DNA of 64,000 bases, from positions 286,592 through 350,591 of the forward strand of contig CAVQNG010000004.1 of assembly GCA_963713825.1 (NCBI GenBank). Reading direction: 5' to 3'. The translations under genes and the position numbers were made by a program. Shown piece by piece: positions 60,432 through 64,000 of this stretch. The stretch is from an uncultured Acidobacteriota bacterium (GTDB lineage: Bacteria > Acidobacteriota > Thermoanaerobaculia > Multivoradales > JAHEKO01). Position 1 is the stretch's first letter. Each line of letters starts with the position of its first letter. Under the pieces are notes generated by a model, which was given only the letters and a program-made list of their open reading frames with translations, was not told where the DNA came from and did no database searches.

Positions 60432-61629
60432 TCACCAGCAGAATACCTTCACTCTCGCGGCCGGCCCACTCCTCGGGATCGACTGTCGCGGGTCGAGGTA
60501 GCCCAAACCGATCCTCTCGCAGCGCTCACGGGAATGCCGGTCGCCAGCGTCACCCGGATACGCGGTCGCTCGACGCCGTTCTCGAACGTACCAGCCCCAC
60601 GCAGATGAGTGGAGTGAGCCAGCACGCCCCAGGGATGGTCTTGAAACCGATCCCACTGCTTCACAAAATAGTCGCGAACGTGATAGCCGATCTCGTCGAG
60701 GACTTGCCATGAGTGTAGCTGACTTCGGTCGATGTGGGGGGCGTAGATCACGACCTCGCCGCCATCGGCGATGGCGGGCTCCAGCTTGTACATCCCTTTG
60801 GCCGCGGTCCAGATATCGTCATACAGCTCCGGCATCACCGAAAGTACTCGCTTGAATGGCTTTCGACGTGGACTGATGTCGAGCTGGGCTGAAAGTTCGC
60901 CGCGGCCCGCCAGGCCTCCTCCATTGAGCCGACATAAAAGCCATGCAGTGACTCGCCGTGCATGACAAGGGCAACAAGTCGGGCGTGGAAATGAACGAGG
61001 CCGCACGGTCGATCATCCGACGCACCGGTGTATCCGCCACGCCGATGATCGCTTGGCTGGTAATCAGCGCGCCCACCAGTGGGTCAGTTGATCATTTCCG
61101 GACCAGCCACACCGGGAAGAAAATACTTGTTCCCCCCGGAAAATCCAACCACCTCATGGGGGAACACCGGACCGCATACCAAAATCTGATCGTAGGGATA
61201 CTCACCATCCCGATCGCCCAAGTGATTGAATCGCACCGGAACCTCCACCGACAGCTGCCTTCGCTCAGCGCCTCCACTTCTGGCGCCGAGATGACTCCAG
61301 CGTGACAAATGTCTCGGCCTAGTCCCACCGGTGGTTGAAGACCCGTGATGCCCCGGCCCATTCGTCCTGACAGGCAGCCAACCAGATTGCCCAGCCGCGT
61401 CGTCCATCGGCGGATGGGTGCCCAGGGCCACCAGGAAGTCCAGGGCGGCCCTGCTCCACAGGGCATCGTGAAAGAGGCGGAACAAAAGCGGCATCGGCGC
61501 AGTGCGGGTGCTATCGGGGATGATAACCAGCACCGCTTGCCGGCCAGATCGAGTGCTCCACAGCCTTGTCGATGACTTGGTGACTTCCGCCTCGCTCAAC
61601 CAGTGCTGGCGCTGACCGCTTAGAAGCAT
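60432..61629 (-). CDS. LarA (nickel-pincer racemase/epimerase) family protein (multiple frameshifts)
   Basis: IPDSTRT, ALGTH, PHEVVGFSGGNKY, WTAAKG..K and ADGGEVV motifs. Confidence 0.8.
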
Positions 61630-61633
61630 GCTC

Positions 61634-62525
61634 TCATCCTTTCCACGGGGGCACTTCCGGCAGCAGCCCCTCGAACTCGGCGATAAGAGCCGCCTCGTAT
61701 TCTCCCGCGTATTCGCCGGCCAGGAACCTGTGCATCGCCTCCTCGTGAAACGCTGCCAGGAATCCTCCTCGTGGCCAGGATTGATGGGGTAGAAGAGCGC
61801 ACGTTGGCGCGGCCGCCCTCATGTCGCCGGCGCATCGCCGATCATCAGGATATGGTCGGAAGCATACTTGCCCTTGGCGGCCAGCTCCAGGTGGAGGGCC
61901 TTCTTGCCCATCTCCTGACCGGCGATGACTCGCACGTAGCGGGCAATGTCGTGCTCCTTCCATTCCCGCTCAGTGCCTCCACGGCGTGGCCGAGACGACG
62001 ATCATGTCGGCCTTGTCATCAAGGAAATCCAGGCTCTCCCGCACCAGGGAAAAGGAGGCACACCGTGAACCATGTCCGCAACGGTGCGATTGACGCCGGT
62101 CGTCCAGGCCCAAGCAGTATCCAGTTCCGGGTCCGGGTGTTCGGCCATATAGGCCTTCAGCCCGTCGTTGCTCTTGGGGAACCCCTCGGCGGCGATGAAT
62201 TCGCGGATGCGAGGGGCTCGGGGCGGCTCCACGCCACGGGCCTGCACTTCGGCACGCTCCCGCAGCAGGTCAAAGACCATCACCAGGGCCGGCCAACGAT
62301 TGATGCCACGCCACTTGGAATACAGATTGACAAACTCCGCCGCCTCACGGGCGTATTTGGAGACCGGTTGGAGCCCCCAGTGCTTGATGATGTTGGGAAT
62401 GAAGCACTCCTTGTGCTTGATCTCCATCGTGTCAAAGGCGCAGCCGTCGGAGTCGATGCCGACAAAGAACTCCTGTCTCGGCTCCAGCTCGGCCAGGGGG
62501 CGAGCTGCTTTGGGTAGTCTGGCAC
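61634..62525 (-). CDS. HAD-family hydrolase (multiple frameshifts)
   Basis: FFVGIDSDGCAFDTMEIKHKECF motif I and downstream fragments. Confidence 0.7.
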
Positions 62526-62551
62526 TTCTTCATTGATCTCACGACTGCCGC

Positions 62552-63375
62552 TCACACACCACTAAAGGCACAGAAACCCCCATCTACCGGCACAACCACA
62601 CCCGTTACAAAAGCCGATGCAGGAGAGAGCAACCAGAGCACTGTGCCCAGCAGGTCCTCCGGGTCGCCAAACGTCCCATCGGCGTGTGCTCGATGATGGT
62701 GCGCCCACGGGGGTCAGGTCCCCGCTCTCCTCATCCGTCAGCAGAAAACGATTCTGCTCGGTCAGGAAAAAACCAGGCGCAACCGCGTTGACGCGGATGT
62801 TCGGCGAATACTCCTGTGCCATATGCACCGCCAGCCACTGGGTAAAGTTGCTCACCGCCGCTTTGGCGGCGGAATAGGCCGGAATCCGGGTCAGCGGCCG
62901 AAAAGCGTTCATCGAAGAGACGTTCAGGATACCCCTTCTCCCGCTCCACCATCCCCCGGCCAAACACCTGGCTCGGCAGAATCGCCCAAGCAGGTTGAGG
63001 TCGACGACGAATCGCAGCGCTTCCTGCAGGAATATCGAAAAACGGCTGATCGGCGCTAGTGGTGGCGCGGGGTTGTTACCCCTGCGGCGTTGATCAGCAT
63101 GTCCACGGGGCCGAACTCGGCCGGAGGTCTCCTCGGCCTTGACAACGTCTCGGGCTTGAGCACATCGCCGTAGACGAGATCGAGCATCCAGGCCGACATC
63201 CCAGGCGTCCATCAGGCGGTCGGCCAGAGCCGGGTCTCGGTCCAGGATGGCGACATTGGCGCCGCAACCCACCAACATACAGGCCAACTCGCCACCCAGA
63301 ATGCCCGCGCCTCCGGTGATAACCACCGTACGACCTGTAAAGTCGTACCACTGGGTCACCGATTTGAGGGTCCAT
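62552..63375 (-). CDS. SDR oxidoreductase, D-mannonate/fructuronate oxidoreductase-like (frameshifted)
   Basis: TGGAGILG, SSMNAFRPLTRIPAYSAAK and RVNAVAPGFFLTEQNRFLL motifs. Confidence 0.8.
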
Positions 63376-63397
63376 AGCTCGATCCTCCTAGCACCCT

Positions 63398-64000
63398 CTA
63401 GCCGGCGAACGGCTCCAGATGTCGAACAAAGTGCGTCTGGAGATGGCCGTAGTGGGCCTCTTCGTGCTGGCTCAACGTGCTCTTCAGTTGCGCCCCGAAT
63501 TGATCCAGCACCGAACCGAAGGTCACATGCAGCACCTGTCGCGCATCGAATTCATCGAGGAGACCGGGCAACTCCATATCGTCCAAGGCCTCTGGTGCGG
63601 CGCTTCTCGAATCGCGCCGACACATGGTAGGTGGCTCGGTCTTCTTCGTACCTTTCTCGGGCGTAGGTCAAGATGTCGCGAAAAAGGCCAGGGTCGACCT
63701 CGGCGATGGTTCGCAAGGCTTCCAGATAGCTGGTGCCGGCAGTCTTCAGGTGAACCAGGGGACCCCTGGAGAGCAGCGACCCTCCACCGGTCAATTTTGC
63801 TGCGATTCTGTAGACGCCGAACTTGTCGGATCCCGAATGAAGGCTGAGCTTGTACGGCCCCAGCTGTCTCGCCAGGGCCGCGTGCTGGGAGAACTCTCGG
63901 GAGAACTCGTCCAGATCACCGATATAGTCCACTCCTTTTTCAAACCGACCGACAAATCGAGGTGCCAGGCTCACCCAATCGACACCGAGTCTGTTCAACT
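63398..64000 (-). CDS. uxaE: Tagaturonate/fructuronate epimerase (3' part, frameshifted)
   Basis: SLAPRFVGRFEKGVDYIGD, YKLSLHSGSDKF, HLKTAGTSYLEALR and RQVLHVTFGSVL motifs. Confidence 0.88.

Overview
GC-rich bacterial chromosomal window. The gene style is compatible with an Acidobacteriota/Thermoanaerobaculia-like or deltaproteobacterial MAG, but taxonomy cannot be proven here. 1-22 kb is mostly housekeeping: a prolyl-carrier-type acyl-CoA dehydrogenase next to an Sfp PPTase at the left edge, a histone H1-like protein, class II RNR nrdJ with tandem NrdR boxes, a GldA/F/G-DUF4340 ABC module, msrAB, dinB, fumC and carB. 22.2-52.2 kb is a large low-oxygen respiratory island. It holds a DosS-like GAF kinase/NarL-type regulator, USP/CBS/DUF302 genes, two Rieske-cytochrome b-multiheme operons facing each other (the second cytochrome b has lost a heme-ligand His and the PEWY Glu), two CbcL-like multiheme/cytochrome b fusions (21 and 11 CXXCH), an 18-heme NrfH-like protein, a cytochrome bd-like CydA/CydA' pair with a fused heme c, and a tetraheme c554, for 75 CXXCH motifs counted in total. 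A palindrome CYAYCY-N4-RGGTRG lies upstream of nearly every transcription unit of this island. Intergenic spaces are mosaics of at least five dispersed repeat families, two of which form strand-specific hairpins rich in G-T wobble pairs. A two-gene cassette is bracketed by a direct repeat of about 230 bp that duplicates the last codons of a cytochrome gene. From about 57.3 kb onward every gene is frameshifted (probably long-read error); this part encodes a uxaE-SDR-HAD-LarA-like-gnd-PPi-PFK hexuronate cluster. No rRNA, tRNA, CRISPR array or intact transposase was recognised.
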